From Catajapyx aquilonaris (lineage: Eukaryota): a stretch of 64,000 bases of DNA. Shown one piece after another: positions 37,861 through 50,400 of the stretch; positions within the stretch are counted from its first letter, which is position 1; every line of letters starts with the position of its first letter. Under the pieces are notes generated by a model. It had not been told where the DNA came from. It saw only the letters and a program-made list of their open reading frames with translations, and ran no database searches. The DNA is taken from contig KZ538501.1 in NCBI GenBank assembly GCA_000934665.2, positions 1-64,000 on the forward strand. Reading direction: 5' to 3'. The position numbers and the translations under genes are program-made.

Positions 37861-38995
37861 TTAGTCTTTTGCAGTGTCCTTTGCACTTTCTGCTGCACCC
37901 AAGTTTACTGCAGCCAATAAACTTTCCTGGCCCTTCTTGAGCCTGTCACGAATGAGCTCTGCTATGGCTCGCTGAGTTCGTCGATCCACCTTCTCCAGTT
38001 TCTTCGCAACGTCTCGCTTCAGGTCCCAGTCAGGTTTCCTTGGGGCAAGATTCAGTAGATCCTGAAGAAGATAATTGCTATTAATGAAAGTGCTTCCCAC
38101 AGCAATCAACTTGAAAGCATACAGTTAACTGCTTGCCAAGAGACTTGATGCACTTATCTCATCACCTATTATACTAAAATAATCCCTATTGCATCTCACA
38201 TTAGCAACAGTCTTGCACCAACATTGCCTGAGATTTCTGGATCAGTCTAGCATCTCACACTAGCTTGACCTGTTGGTTATGGGTCCACAGAGTAATGGAG
38301 ACATTATCGTCACATTCATCTAGGTTTTCAAACATGTATGTAAGACCACTCTCAGTCTTTATGATGATTTTTCTCAAAGTCATTGCACATTTTCTCATTT
38401 TCCAAAAACCCTCCATCATATCAGTTAATGCCACTTGGTAAGACATTGAAGAGGATATTCCCTGACTGACAACACTTTAATGGTATGACATCTCACAGTA
38501 AGTCATATTTAAAAGGGGCATTTTTTCCCAGTGGAATGAATGATTATTCCAGCTCTTGCCCAAAAATGCTGCCACTTTGATCTCCTGCATCACATGATTT
38601 ATTATTTGGCAGCATGCAGGTCAAAACATACACAGTATAATGCTTCTTACACTGACCCAAGTGGCTTGATCTCAAGCAGCATGACTAGCTCATCAACCCT
38701 ATTTTAAATAATATACTGCTTCGACCAAAGCAGGTTGGCATAGTGGATAAGGCATCCGACTGCTAATCGGGAGGTCCTGGGTTCGAACCTCGGGGCCGGC
38801 AACTCTGACCGTGATTTTCTGTGGTTTCCCACGGTCCTTCCAGAAAAATTCTGGAGTTGCTTCCGTAATTAATAGGCCACAGCCGCTTCCTTCCGTCCCT
38901 ATCCTATCCCAAAGAGCACTGTAAAATGAAAAGCAAAGAGTTCCAGGGAAAACAAACTTCCCCCCTAAAGAGCCGATGGCTGATAACAGGGTATG

Positions 38996-39026
<31 letters not shown>

Positions 39027-42000
39027 GGTATACTGTATACTTTGTGAGTTTTTAAGGTTTTTCCTATCAGCAGAAATGGTTTAATATTTTCCCAACAAAT
39101 GTCTCATTGAGGTTTGCACCCTCATCCATCCTCTAGACCAGGGGTTCCCAACCTGGGAGTCGTGGCCCCCCAAGGGGGCCGTGGAGCAGGTCCAGGGGGG
39201 CCGTGAGAGGCATTGTACCATATTTGGTAAATATATTTCTTGTATTGTTTGGCTGCTTCATTAAAGATTTATGTATGTTACTTTTGCAAGGGGGCCGTGG
39301 AAAAATTTTAGGTGATTTGGGGGGGGTCGCGGGTGCAAAAAGGTTGGGAACCCGTGCTCAAATATACCAGTCAAAAGTTCATTAATCTTTTAATGGACAA
39401 ATGACACTACTAATAAAAATTACAACCGCTCCTTCCTTGCTTTTACTGATGCGATTTGGTCTATGATGTGGTCAAGTCAGTTTCTGGCAGTTTCTTCTCT
39501 TTCTACACTTAGCAGAGAAAGATCACAGAGTCTCCTGCATCCGCCTCATATGTTCCAAAGTCTCCCCGTTCAAGTCCNNNNNNNNNNNNNNNNNNNNNNN
39601 CCCCCCTCAGAGCATCGTTTTCTTTTTCTTATTATTTTTTTCCCAACACCGTTTATCACCGCATAGCTTCCCCTTTGCAATCAACAGAAATAAAACGGCT
39701 TGCTGGAAAGTGCATGACTTTTTTTTTCCTTCTGCTGATGCTTACCTACTCTCCCTATGGCTTCATATGAGGAAAAATGAATAGTCACAAGCTCTGCAAA
39801 TAATAAATTATTCGTGTCCCTTCGAAATTATTTGTTTACCTGTACACACGCGTTCATTTACGGTTGCGGTTTCATTGAGCAGTTATTGCGAGTTGACAAG
39901 GACACAAATGAGAGAAGACATATCAACGTCAACCTGTTTGCAGTGTTGCTAAGCAGCCAGGAAGGGAGAAAACCTATATTTATATTTTAGTTAGTTTGTG
40001 AGTTTGTATGTTCGTCCCTTATAGTAATAATAATAATAATAATAAGTTTTATTAACCTGCTAGGCTTTTTGGGCCTTTCTGCAGTCGTCCCTTATAGAAA
40101 TCCAGGGGAAGGCCCTTACACCGCCTTAAATAAGCATATCGGGGGTTACATTTTCCAAGGAATCTAACGCCGCATGTTTCAGCTTCCGAAAATGAACCTA
40201 ACTCCCACAACACGCATATTCCCGAATCTTCCCCTACTCGCGCCTCAACAATTAACATAATTACATCAATTTCTATAGCAACAACGACAATTTATCTTTT
40301 CCCAAGTTCGCAATCCCAAGGAAATGCCCTTATGCACAATACCTATCAAAGTAATGCATTTGCATTGCATCTATATATCTTGCGCCTCTTTTTTTTACAA
40401 GTCCCATCGCCGTAAATTATTCAACTCATCCACCAATTACGCTAATTGGCCACCTCACGTGAGTTCATATGGTATGGTCATTCTGGGATTTTGTAGATTT
40501 GAAATTAGACTTTTCGACACAAATAAATACAAGAAAAAGGTTTTTTTAAAAAAAAAATTACGCAGTGTTGAAAACAAAATTTCCCACCAGGCATCGGTAT
40601 ATACACTTCTCAAGTTCTTCAGGGCAAACAGTTGGAAAGAGGTGGGGGTGTGAGGTGGGGTTGAGGGGTCATGGGGTCAAATATTCTGGGGAAAAAAACA
40701 TGGCTGTGCAGACTTTTCCTGGGACAACTCCATCCCCATTCCTCTTTTTACACATCCAATCAGAATGGCTACATTGACTACGCCATAGACCACGCTATAA
40801 CCAAAGCAGGCAATCTATCACAGATCTATCACATCTATCACAGACAAACTTTGCCTTATTGTAACTTGGCCTTATTTTAAGGTGTATCGAGTTCCAGTGT
40901 ATGGAACGCAAATTTTACAAACAAACAAACTTCCTAATATATATGTACCTGTACCTGTAACAGCATCCCAACATACCCGGGCAATGCCGGGTAACCTGCT
41001 AGTTATAAATATGCGCATTCGCGCCTTTCACGGGGAAACTTTGGAACATGAGGCGGACGCTCTACCGACTTTGCGCAGGTTTGTGGTGCACCTATCATCG
41101 CCCATATCTCGAAAACGCTTGGCTAATGGCACTTTTTATTTTCACCAATGAATTTCTGGCCTGCAATTTACCCCAAGTGTTATTTTCGGGCCGATTGGCT
41201 GATACCCCTACAGCCACTTCCCTTGTTAGGGTTACGCCATAGGTGTCTACAGCTGTGATTTCTTTCAGCAAAATCCGAGATGATCTAGCAACATCGATTC
41301 GGAAAGATCGGCTTCATTACGAGGACTTTCGTTTTCTTACTGCCCCAAGCTAAAAAAAAAAAAAAAACGTTCAGACAAAATGAATGATCATTATGAGTTG
41401 CCAGTGCCTTAAGGAACATGGAAATGCCATAAATACCCGTGGACAAAAAGTTGATATTTGTTACAAGATCATCCATCTAAAAAAAATTATATTTTCACCG
41501 TCCGAAGATAGCTTACTGACTTTAACAGTAAGTGCTCAATGGCTTCAATTGGCCCCCAGGGCACGTGCCATACTTGCCATACCCTAGTTACGCCTCTGCA
41601 TGCTTTCCATTCTGCATCTCCACTTGCTTTTGAGATAATGATTATGACAGTTGGACTCGCATTTGTCAAGTTTTTCACTTCCTACACATGATAATCACAA
41701 TGGATGCCATAATCCTACCTTAGTTTATAATCAATGAAATTGATGGAAGGACGAATCCTCCACTGATGCTCCACTGATGCACGCAGAAGAGCAAGTTTAT
41801 TTCTGTATTTATCAAGTTATTTAGATTTTAAATTTCTAAGCAGTTTTACCCAGTGTAAACTGTCATTCAGATTACTGCTACAGATTATGTATCTTAAATG
41901 CTAGGATTCTCTCATCAGTTTTGAGCACTTAGCAGTCCCTATTTCAGTGGTTTCCAACCTTTTACCAACTGCGACCCTCTCAACATGTTTCACTAAATGT

Positions 42001-44704
42001 GCGACCCCCCCCCTCCTCCTACAACTATACCCCTTTTCCAGAAAACATACAAACTCTGTACGACCACAAAAAGAGCTTAATTGACAGAGAAATTGCACGG
42101 AAAACAAATAATGATTTGCCCCAGGGCCCCTTGTTAGTCATTTTTAAATTTTTGCCAAGAAATTACCTTTACGGCGAGTTGATGTGAACGGACAAAGGCG
42201 TTTCAGAAATGTCAATTTGATTGACATGGAGGAAGGAATCGCGAGATAATTGTACACATTTCTGATGACGTGTGTCCACCATTTTAATGCAACTGTGTCG
42301 AGTATGGTATCATTTTAAAGGCCAAATCTTTGCGCGAGTTTTTCCAGATTAATATTTCACGACAAAAATTTCAGTTCCTTACGAAATGAATTACCATATT
42401 TTGACTGCTGCGCCCCCTTAATCTCAGGTATTCCATCTGCACATCCAGCCAGAACTTCGTCAATTCTCCATCTTGAAATTGATCTTTAAATGTGCGATCG
42501 CAGCACAAATCAATGAGCTGCTCTGTCATATAAGTAGACAGTTCTTCCCTTGAAAACTCACTGAAGGGATTTCCAAACTACTCGACCTCTGCTATGTCAA
42601 TGTCACAGAAATATTTCTTGAAACCCTCCTTTAGTATTGAAAATGTGTGGAGGTGACTCGCTTTTGAATTTTGCGCCCCTGTCCTCTCTTGTAGATGATG
42701 AAACATTTCAAAATATGAAGATTGCTCCACTTTTTTTCTGCCAGCCAGAGTTCGAGTTTTAATGAAAATGCGCTTATCCTTTCATGCAATGAAAAAATGT
42801 TGCTTGATTTGACCCAGCTTGCAGAGAAGTGTTGAGCACATTCAGCTTCTTCAAACATATCAGCAAAATATGCCAGCTAACAGAAAGTAATTTTTAATAA
42901 TTGCATGTGCTTCTCCCGGATAGCTTCTTTCCTTCCAAATAATGTAAGGGCAGCTTGATTGGCTCCGAAGCGAGCTCAATAGCGGGGGTAGCGGGGCTTC
43001 CACAGATGGAGGAGAGTGTCAGGGCGAGCGTTGCTACACTAGATTTCTCTCGCCGAACTATGGCTCAAACCGTGGCTCAAACACAAAACACAGTGTTCAC
43101 TCATTTTTTTTATTTTTAAATTATTCATTATTGCGCATAAATTGCAAAAAAGGTGGTTGAAACACTCAAGGGGTGGTTAATCACTTTGGTACTCAGGGGT
43201 AGACCTGCAGTGGTATCCCCAGTTACTCCTTAGGTACCTTACTCTTTGGTACTCCTTGGTACTCCTTGAATTTGGTACTCCAGTGTACACTTTACAGTCG
43301 AGTGTTTAACCCCTTGGAACCAAGGCTCGCGACCCCTCACGACCCTGCCCGCGACCCCCCGGTTGAAAACCACGGCCCTATTTGTTTGTGGGCCAGTGTA
43401 GCAGCCCGGTGTAGTGAAATGATCTCGCAGTGTAAGCAAACCTTACACCACCCTTGTACGCTCAATTCTGAACACATGGAGCTTAAGGTCATTTCACAAA
43501 CTCAGCTTTGCTTGAGCGAAGGGTTTGGGTATTTTGCTCCCCGAATGCATAAAGTCCACTGGGTTGGATGCCAGCACAACGCTTGTGCTCGGTCACCACA
43601 CACAACATTTGTGAATAGCCCCTTGCAAGTAAACAAATCCATGTAGCTAGGCTCCCCTGCTCCTCCCTCACTGGAATAAACGATTGCAGTGCTTAGACTG
43701 GTGTTACACCAGGGCTAAACCAGACAATAAACAAGTCGACCTGTTATAAACAGAACTTTTATGAGCCACCCGGATGACATGCCAGTTTCAAAGCTCACTT
43801 ACGACTTCTTCCATTACTATCTTGGAACGTCCATGTTCCAGCTGCTCCTTGACCACTTCTTCCACATCACCACGCTTTGCTCGAGGAAGAACCCCGTCTT
43901 GTAGATTTTCATCAATTGGTTTGTAGCTCCGAAACACTGGCCTAAGAAAAACAATTAATTAAATCCATCAGCTCAACTAGCTTCACATCAGGCCATTGAG
44001 TCATCAGCATAAACAAATTTATAGCTCTGCCGTCAGATGTAAGAAGACCGTAACTCAAAAACTAGTAAGAGCGAAAGTTGCATGCACGCCCTGCACTAAT
44101 CCCCTCTGAGTCAGGGTGGATTAGTGCAGGGCATGCATGAGACTTTCGCCCGTACTAGTTTTTGAGTTACGGTCTTCTTACATCTGACGGCAGAGCTGTG
44201 TTCCCAAGGTCACAAGAGCAGGAGTTTTGCAGCAAATTCAGGCCATTTTAGCAGCAAGATGCCAACATACGAATGGGGTTTGAAAATTGACTTCTTGTCC
44301 TTGCTCCTGCTTTCGCTACAACGATTCTCATGATCCTGGTCAATTATTTAAAATCCTGTTTGTCATACATGCAACACACACACTCACACCCTGATGGTAT
44401 CTCCACCTTGTTATGAAGGTGAGGCTTCAATAAACCAAACAACCCGATGTTCCGGATAACCTTCAACAGTACCACTGCGCGGTTACACTCCTTGTGCCAT
44501 GAGCATTACACAAAAGTCAGTTGTGTATTCGGTTCTAAAGTAGTTTCTGGCTTACTTCGGAAGAGGAACGTCGAGAGATCCATCGCCAGCAGTCTCGCCT
44601 CCCGTTTCACAATCCTCTCTTTTGCGTTTTAGGGCTTTCAGACGTTCTTTCCTACGCAGAGCTTCGGCTTCTAAAGTACCTATCTTCTCACTTTCTGACG
44701 TCAT
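37861..44704 (-). CDS. CCDC12: Coiled-coil domain-containing protein 12 (cwf18 family spliceosome factor), 162 aa; exons 44704-44556, 43941-43803, 38061-37861
   Basis: LEAEALRRKERLKALK, PVFRSYKP and DLLNLAPRKPDWDLKRDVAKKLEKVDRRTQRAIAELIRDRL are cwf18 hallmarks. Exon phases are consistent (149+139+201 nt). Confidence 0.95.
38724..39022 (+). mobile_element. tRNA-derived SINE, family A copy 2
   Basis: A box tggcatagtgg, B box ggttcgaacc and (TTA)n tail. Nearly identical to 63142-63427. Confidence 0.9.
39139..39356. mobile_element. hAT (Charlie-like) MITE
   Basis: TIR caggggttcccaacct / aggttgggaacccgtg. The left flank ctctagac fits the NTCTAGAN target preference. Confidence 0.7.
39975..41003 (-). 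mobile_element. Helentron/DINE-1-like non-autonomous element(s)
   Basis: The terminus actagcaggttacccggcattgcccgggtatg (- strand, 41003) and the block 40085-40200 are homologous to 48010-48310. acaa-type microsatellites are present. Boundaries are approximate. Confidence 0.5.
40025..40084 (-). mobile_element. Extremely 5'-truncated (~60 bp) LINE insertion
   Basis: The reverse complement matches the 3' end of the LINE at 59016-59080, including the (TTA)n tail. 13-bp TSD tcgtcccttatag. Confidence 0.85.
41945..43375 (-). mobile_element. Decayed hAT (Buster/Charlie-type) transposon in CCDC12 intron 2
   Basis: TIR cagtggtttccaacc / ggttgaaaaccacgg and a perfect 8-bp TSD ccctattt. The - strand remnant reads LAYFADMFEE...SNIFSLHERISAFSLKLELW. 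The same terminus recurs near 18163-18196. Confidence 0.9.
44023..44197. repeat. Long near-perfect hairpin (MITE-like) in CCDC12 intron 1
   Basis: agctctgccgtcagatgtaagaagaccgtaactcaaaaactagta pairs perfectly with its reverse complement at 44153-44197. The stem continues imperfectly to a short loop. Confidence 0.85.
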
Positions 44705-44879
44705 ATTACTCGAGATGCAAATAACAAGTGAGAAATGAACAAGAACGTCGTAAACACGAGGGCTGGTTGCTTAAGTTATGCAGGCTGTGGTTATCCACAC
44801 TTCCACAGGGCACAGGCAGAGATGATAATATTATATAGGCATTAGGCGAAGATGCGACTTGCTTCTCTTCTCTACTACC

Positions 44880-45000
44880 CGCTAGGGCGCTAGTAGCGGC
44901 GGCGCTACATCGCTTTGCAATATTGCGCGCCAAATGACTGCGATTGGTCAGTTTAGTGATGGAAAGCCAATCGGCACCTAGGTCTGTCGGGCATTGGTTG
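44880..45000. promoter_or_regulatory. Probable bidirectional promoter with CCAAT boxes upstream of CCDC12
   Basis: CpG-rich patch about 200-300 bp from the CCDC12 ATG, with attgg (44943), ccaat (44967) and attgg (44993). A strong + strand donor ccg|gtaagt lies at 45157. Confidence 0.45.
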
Positions 45001-45655
45001 AGCAGGGTGAGCTTAGGTAGCGTTCGCGGGCCGGAGGAAAATTCTGGAACAACGCTTGGCGGACCTCTTCCCTGGAATCCCTGCATCAGGCCCACGGAAC
45101 CATCTCGTTGCACGGAACGTACCAAGTCATTTGGTGCGCGCCGTTTTACATCTACCGGTAAGTAGCCTAGAGCCCGGAACAGTGGGATGCACCTGCGGAA
45201 GGATATTCCAACACTCGAATGTGAGTTCACAGAAAAGGGGTGCTGCCGTTCCATGCTGTGATTTTTTTTTTTGGTCGTGTTAGAATAATAGCACTGATGT
45301 AGTACGNGATGGAGAGCCAATCGGCACCTAGGTCTGTCGTGCATTGGTTGAGCAGGGTGAGCTTAGGTAGCGTTCGCGGGCCGGAGGAAAGTTCTGGAAC
45401 AACGGCTTGACGGACCTCTTCCGTCTTCCCTGCATCAGGCCCACGGAACCATCTCGTTGCACGGAACGTACCAAGTCATTTGGTGCGCGCCCTTTTACAT
45501 CTACCGGTAAGTAGCCTAGTGCCCGGAACAGTGGGATGCACCTGCGGAAGGATATTCCAACAGTCGAATGTGAGTTCACAGAAAAGGGGTGCTGCCGTTC
45601 CATGCTGTGATTATTTTTTTTGGTCGTGTTAGAATAATAGCACTGATGTAGTACG
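44958..45655. repeat. Direct duplication of about 348 bp (44958-45306 and 45308-45655) separated by a single N
   Basis: Near-identical copies with a few substitutions and indels. Confidence 0.9.
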
Positions 45656-46159
45656 TGATATGTTGCCCATTGTGAGGTTATAGTACACCAGCTGCTCCAA
45701 CGATTAATAAGTTGTAGTTGGGGTCCTAAGGCTTTCAGCTGCAGGCCCACAGAAGCACCAGGTAACAGTCACGAACATGACCACTTTTAAGGGGACATCC
45801 AACCCATGGACACTGCTTCTCTATATGCTGCACTGAGTGGCAGGCGCAAGCATCTTTGCTCCTACAAGCGCTCAAGGCCAGAGGCCGCTAGGTAGCAGAC
45901 CATTGCTTTGCATTGGTGCATTCACACGGAGCCACAGCCACAGACCACTGACGTCCACCACAGGTTCAGTCATATGTCCATGCTAGTTCACCATGCCGCG
46001 AGGAAAGGGCACTTTACCGCCGTGGATTCCGCAATTACTTCAAGAAATAAAATGTCGATGACTTTATATAGGAAGTCGAGGCCCATACCACTATTTGGGA
46101 TGCATCAGCTGCTGAAAATATCGAAAAAACATTTAATCATATTGCCTCAGATCTTGGTA

Positions 46160-46393
46160 CAGGTTGAGAATCCTTCATCTGAAATGCTTGGGAGTTGGGA
46201 CCTGCAATTTTTCGGATTTAAGAATATTTGTATAAATTTTTAGTAACTTTTATACATGCAGTAGCCTATGTACAGGAAATGAAGCTTGTCATGTCACAAT
46301 CACATGGAATTTTCCGTTTGTGACGTGTCATGTCAGCACTATTTTAAAAACTTTCGAATTTCGGAATTTTGGATAAAGAATCCTCAAATACGG
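46160..46393. mobile_element. Tigger/Zombi-like pogo MITE
   Basis: ta|caggttgagaatccttcatctgaaatgcttggga start, with degenerate inverted end ttttggataaagaatcctcaa. Confidence 0.55.
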
Positions 46394-46733
46394 TATGGCA
46401 CAGTCCTTCGAACTTGAATTTTCCTGTGTTGCCTGCAATATTATTTTCTTCATTTTCAATAGGAGTATCAGTAGTGCATGGTCTTCACTGGATTTCCATA
46501 CTGCATACGACTCGCCCACCTGCTGTGGTGAGCTTCTGCCCCAGTGCAGTGGCCGACTCGAGCGCTTGCAGTGCCAGACGAAAGTGACTGCAGTGGGGAG
46601 TGGCTGTTACGCGCGACTGAAGTGGCCAGGTGAGAACAGGCCCTGAGGGTCAATGAAGAAAGTTTCAGGTGATTTTGGAGGATGATACAATGCATGGCCT
46701 TAGAATACTTAGGTCTGGTCACTCCCTTTTATT

Positions 46734-47027
46734 GCCTGACGGGGCATTTTGCGGTGCGGTGCGGTAGAAGGGAAGGCGGTCAAAATTAAGAATCTCATAC
46801 GAGTATACTCGTTGACCAATGATGAGAGCGCCTTTCACTGATGTAAACACGACATGTGGCGGCGCTACCTGACTGCGCTGAACTTAGGTAGAATAGGTAG
46901 GTTCTTAATTTTGACCGACTCTTCCCTTCCACCTAAGTTCAGCGCAGTCAGGTAGGGTTGCCACATGTGTTTACATCAGTGAAAGGCGCTCTCAAGTGAG
47001 CACCTCCCGCAAAACGCCCCGTCAGGC
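46734..47027. repeat. Complex interleaved inverted-repeat element
   Basis: Outer arms 46734-46754 / 47007-47027. Inner pairs ~46767-46792 / 46902-46929 and ~46823-46889 / 46931-46994. Confidence 0.8.
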
Positions 47028-47448
47028 GAAAAGAACTGATTATAGGGGGAGTGTCTGGGGGCTAATACAATGTTCCTTTTTGTTGTTGTGATGAGGAAAC
47101 CATTGCATTGAACTCTCATAATGGAAGCTGATACAATACCAATTGATATTTTTTTATGGTGAGAGTGACAACTGGTACATGCTTTTCAGGGGCCTTCAAT
47201 TTCTTCTGACTAGGATTTAAAACATGTATTTCCTAAGAACTGAGTTATTCGAAAGTACCGGTAATAGTATTTATTTTAGTAATAAACAGAGTCAAGTAAT
47301 CTGCAGTCTAGTATTTATTTATGGCAGAGAGTAGTAAGTATGGAGTAGCAAAATGTTAAAGCCAGTAAATATGTTTTGAGTAAGTTATTTTGGTATCTTT
47401 CAAGGTTCCTGGTGATGAGATATTTGTGCTGATCTGCACAAAAGAGAA

Positions 47449-50400
47449 ATGGAAGGTCAACAGAATTATGTGGGACCCCTTCAGGGGACAATCCCGGAAG
47501 AACTCACCCCAAGATTGTATCCACATATTCCGGAGGGTTTCCTTGCTGCCACAGAAAACAACTTCAGGTATTAGCATGGAATTTTATCAACATTTTTAGC
47601 ACTTCTTTGCACGACTGTCTTTGGTTTGGAGTGTGCATAAACTGAATTATTATGGATGGGGGGAGGTGTGGTGGCCGAGATGGTAACGTCTCGGCTTGCT
47701 GAGTGAAAGGCCCCAGGTTCGATCCCCGCCTGGGGAACTTTCCTTTCACCTGCGTCAGGAGGGTCTCTGACCTGCACCAAGGAGGTGTCTGGCAACCTAG
47801 CCTCCTGGGGGACTGCACATGACCGGTTTAACAACATTGCACTTGCACTCGTGTCCCCTCCCCGAAAATCCCTATTCTTACCCAATTTCCTTGATTCCTT
47901 GCACCGAAGTTGAGAAAATTGAAAATAAAAATAAATAAAGGTTCATGCAATATACCCCCGTTTGTTGGTGAAAGCATTACCCACAATTATTATTATTATT
48001 ATATATTATACTAGCCTGGCGTTGCCCGGGTATGTTATGGTGGTAGGCCTACAATGTAATGAGGGCATTACCATGGAAATCTATGAATATTGTTACATAG
48101 GTAATTGATAATTGGTTAATTGGGAATATGCGTGTTATGGGTGTTAGGTTAATTTTCGGAAGCTGAAACATGCGGCATTAAATTCCTTGAAAAATGTAAC
48201 TCCCGATATGTCAATTGAAGGCGGTGTAGGGGCCTTCCCCCGGATTTCTATAAAGGACAAACATCCAAACTGACAAACTGACAAACTTCCTTATTTATAG
48301 AGATAGAGATAATTATTATGGATGGAGAGGGCAAGGGTGGGAAGACAGGATCAGCACATGTGCCCTGCAGAGATCTATGCCCGAAGTTTGAACACTAGAC
48401 AAGAGTCAATAGAAATATTATGACAGAACATACTGTTTGTATATTTTCTGACACTGTATTGAGTTTCCTGCAAATGCATAGATCATGGGGTAACTACCTT
48501 CTGGGACAATTTGTCATGATTACATTGCTATGTAGCAGGTGACCAAGGCCAAATGCCAAATAGTGGGTTTGAAAATGGGTGCCAACAAGAGCACAGTGCA
48601 ATGGTGCAAGTCATTAGCAGTTTGATGCTGTTGCCATGGTAAACGATTTACACTGGTATGCCCAATGCGGTTACTGAGACTGTCTTGCAACTGATCAGGT
48701 GCGGTTGATGTGCCTGCTGCACCTTTTTGGGAGGAAGTGCAAGTCAGCTGTGCAAGGAAATTTTATTTGAATAATTATTATATGAATAATGAGACAAATT
48801 ATTTGTTGGTCTTGTGGCAGGCAAAGGGGATGCGCGGAAGTTTTAATGAGCTTATTGAGTTTGGTGTCATTAAGAGCATTGAGCTCTACTGAAATTACCT
48901 AACATCTGTGGTTGCAACTTTTTATGACTCTGGTTGCATTGTTCAAAGTATAAGTGCTGCACAAGTGAGTTGCAACTTCTTGACAGAAATGTGTCATGCA
49001 AGTTGGCTTGTGCTACACATATTTCCTTCTATTTGTGCTACTTGTTTTTTTTGTTTTTTTTTGTTTTTGCATTACCCCATATCTACACATATATGGGGGG
49101 TGGATTACCACCATCGGGATTATTTTTGGAGCGAGTCAAGATTTAATCTTGTTAGTATGCTCCAAGGTAATTAGGAGGGGATGTGCAAAGTGAGTGTGCG
49201 CGGGCGAGTAGTGGTCATTTTGTGAACTCCCCCGGGTGGCTTAGTCTATCGGAAATTGCCACCCGAAACGAAGCCAGAGATGGCCCAACTCTGCACGAAA
49301 GAAGGTGGGAACCCCGGGTGGGGATTGAACCCGGGACCTTAACTTCCGTGGGCGCGCGCGTTACCGCGGCGCCGCTCCGTCTCCCGCCTATTTGTGCTAC
49401 TGTGAGCTCAGGGAAGTGTACGTGTTGTCTGTGGAGTTTCTGAATGAAACTTGGCACAATAATATAGGCCGGTAAGTTATTAAAGAAAATGCAAACAATT
49501 TAGGCGAATGCCCACAATGTCAAAAGGGATGAACTATTGTTTACCCGCACCTTAACAGCGCCGTCGGAGTTGGGTGGGTGGGGGGCCTCCTGACGGTTGG
49601 CAACGTTGCGTCGCAAACAATCGGGTGCCTTGATACTACTGCCAGCCAAATTCGAATGCCTTCACGGTTGCTTGACGAAGTGTCGTTCTTTGGGTTAACG
49701 AACTGCAGCAACCATCATGGCCTTCATATTGCCCACCTCCTTCATTAATACTGTGGAACTAGCACTCGTCAGATCAGTTCGCGTGGCAGGGGTTACAAGA
49801 TGCCCTTTGTTGTGCTCTCCCGGAAACCGATTGTTTGCGACCCGTAGCCAACATGTTTGGAGCCCACCACGCCTTACCAACCGCACCACGTCGCTAGGTG
49901 CAGATAAACGATAGACTTTCCATCAAAAGTTATGACCTCTCGAACTCACAAGGGACACTTTCCAAAGTCTCACCCATTTTCTTGAAATTCATTACATTGG
50001 TAGGCCACCCCAAGGGATGAAACACGCACCGAAAGTGACCTGCTCAAAATGACCCGGTGACCCCTTTTGGGGGGGCAGAGGTCAACTCTTAAATGCCGAA
50101 AACTCACCCATTTTTTTGAAATTCGGTGCATTGATAGCCCTGAAAAAGGGGTCACCGGGTCATTTTGAGCAGGTCACTTTAGGTGAGTTTTTCATCCCTT
50201 GGGGTGGCCTACCAATGTACCGAATTTCAAGAAAATCGGTAAGACCTTGGAAAGTGTCCCTTGTGAGTTCGAGAGGTCATAATAACTTTTGACCTTGTGG
50301 GCATTCGCCTAAATTGTGCCAAGTTTCATTCAGAAACTCCACAGACAAGACTCACACTTCCCTTGTCAGTATTCACAAGTTAGTACTAGTGCTTAGGGAG

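Noticed and set aside
43190..43290. ggtactcc-repeat block shared with 63525-63600 as a regulatory motif
   Set aside because: It is more simply a fragment of another dispersed repeat, and there is no evidence of function.
44706..45750. Paired 212-aa and 140-aa minus-strand ORFs
   Set aside because: They arise from the duplicated GC-rich promoter block, cross an N and have no protein-like features.
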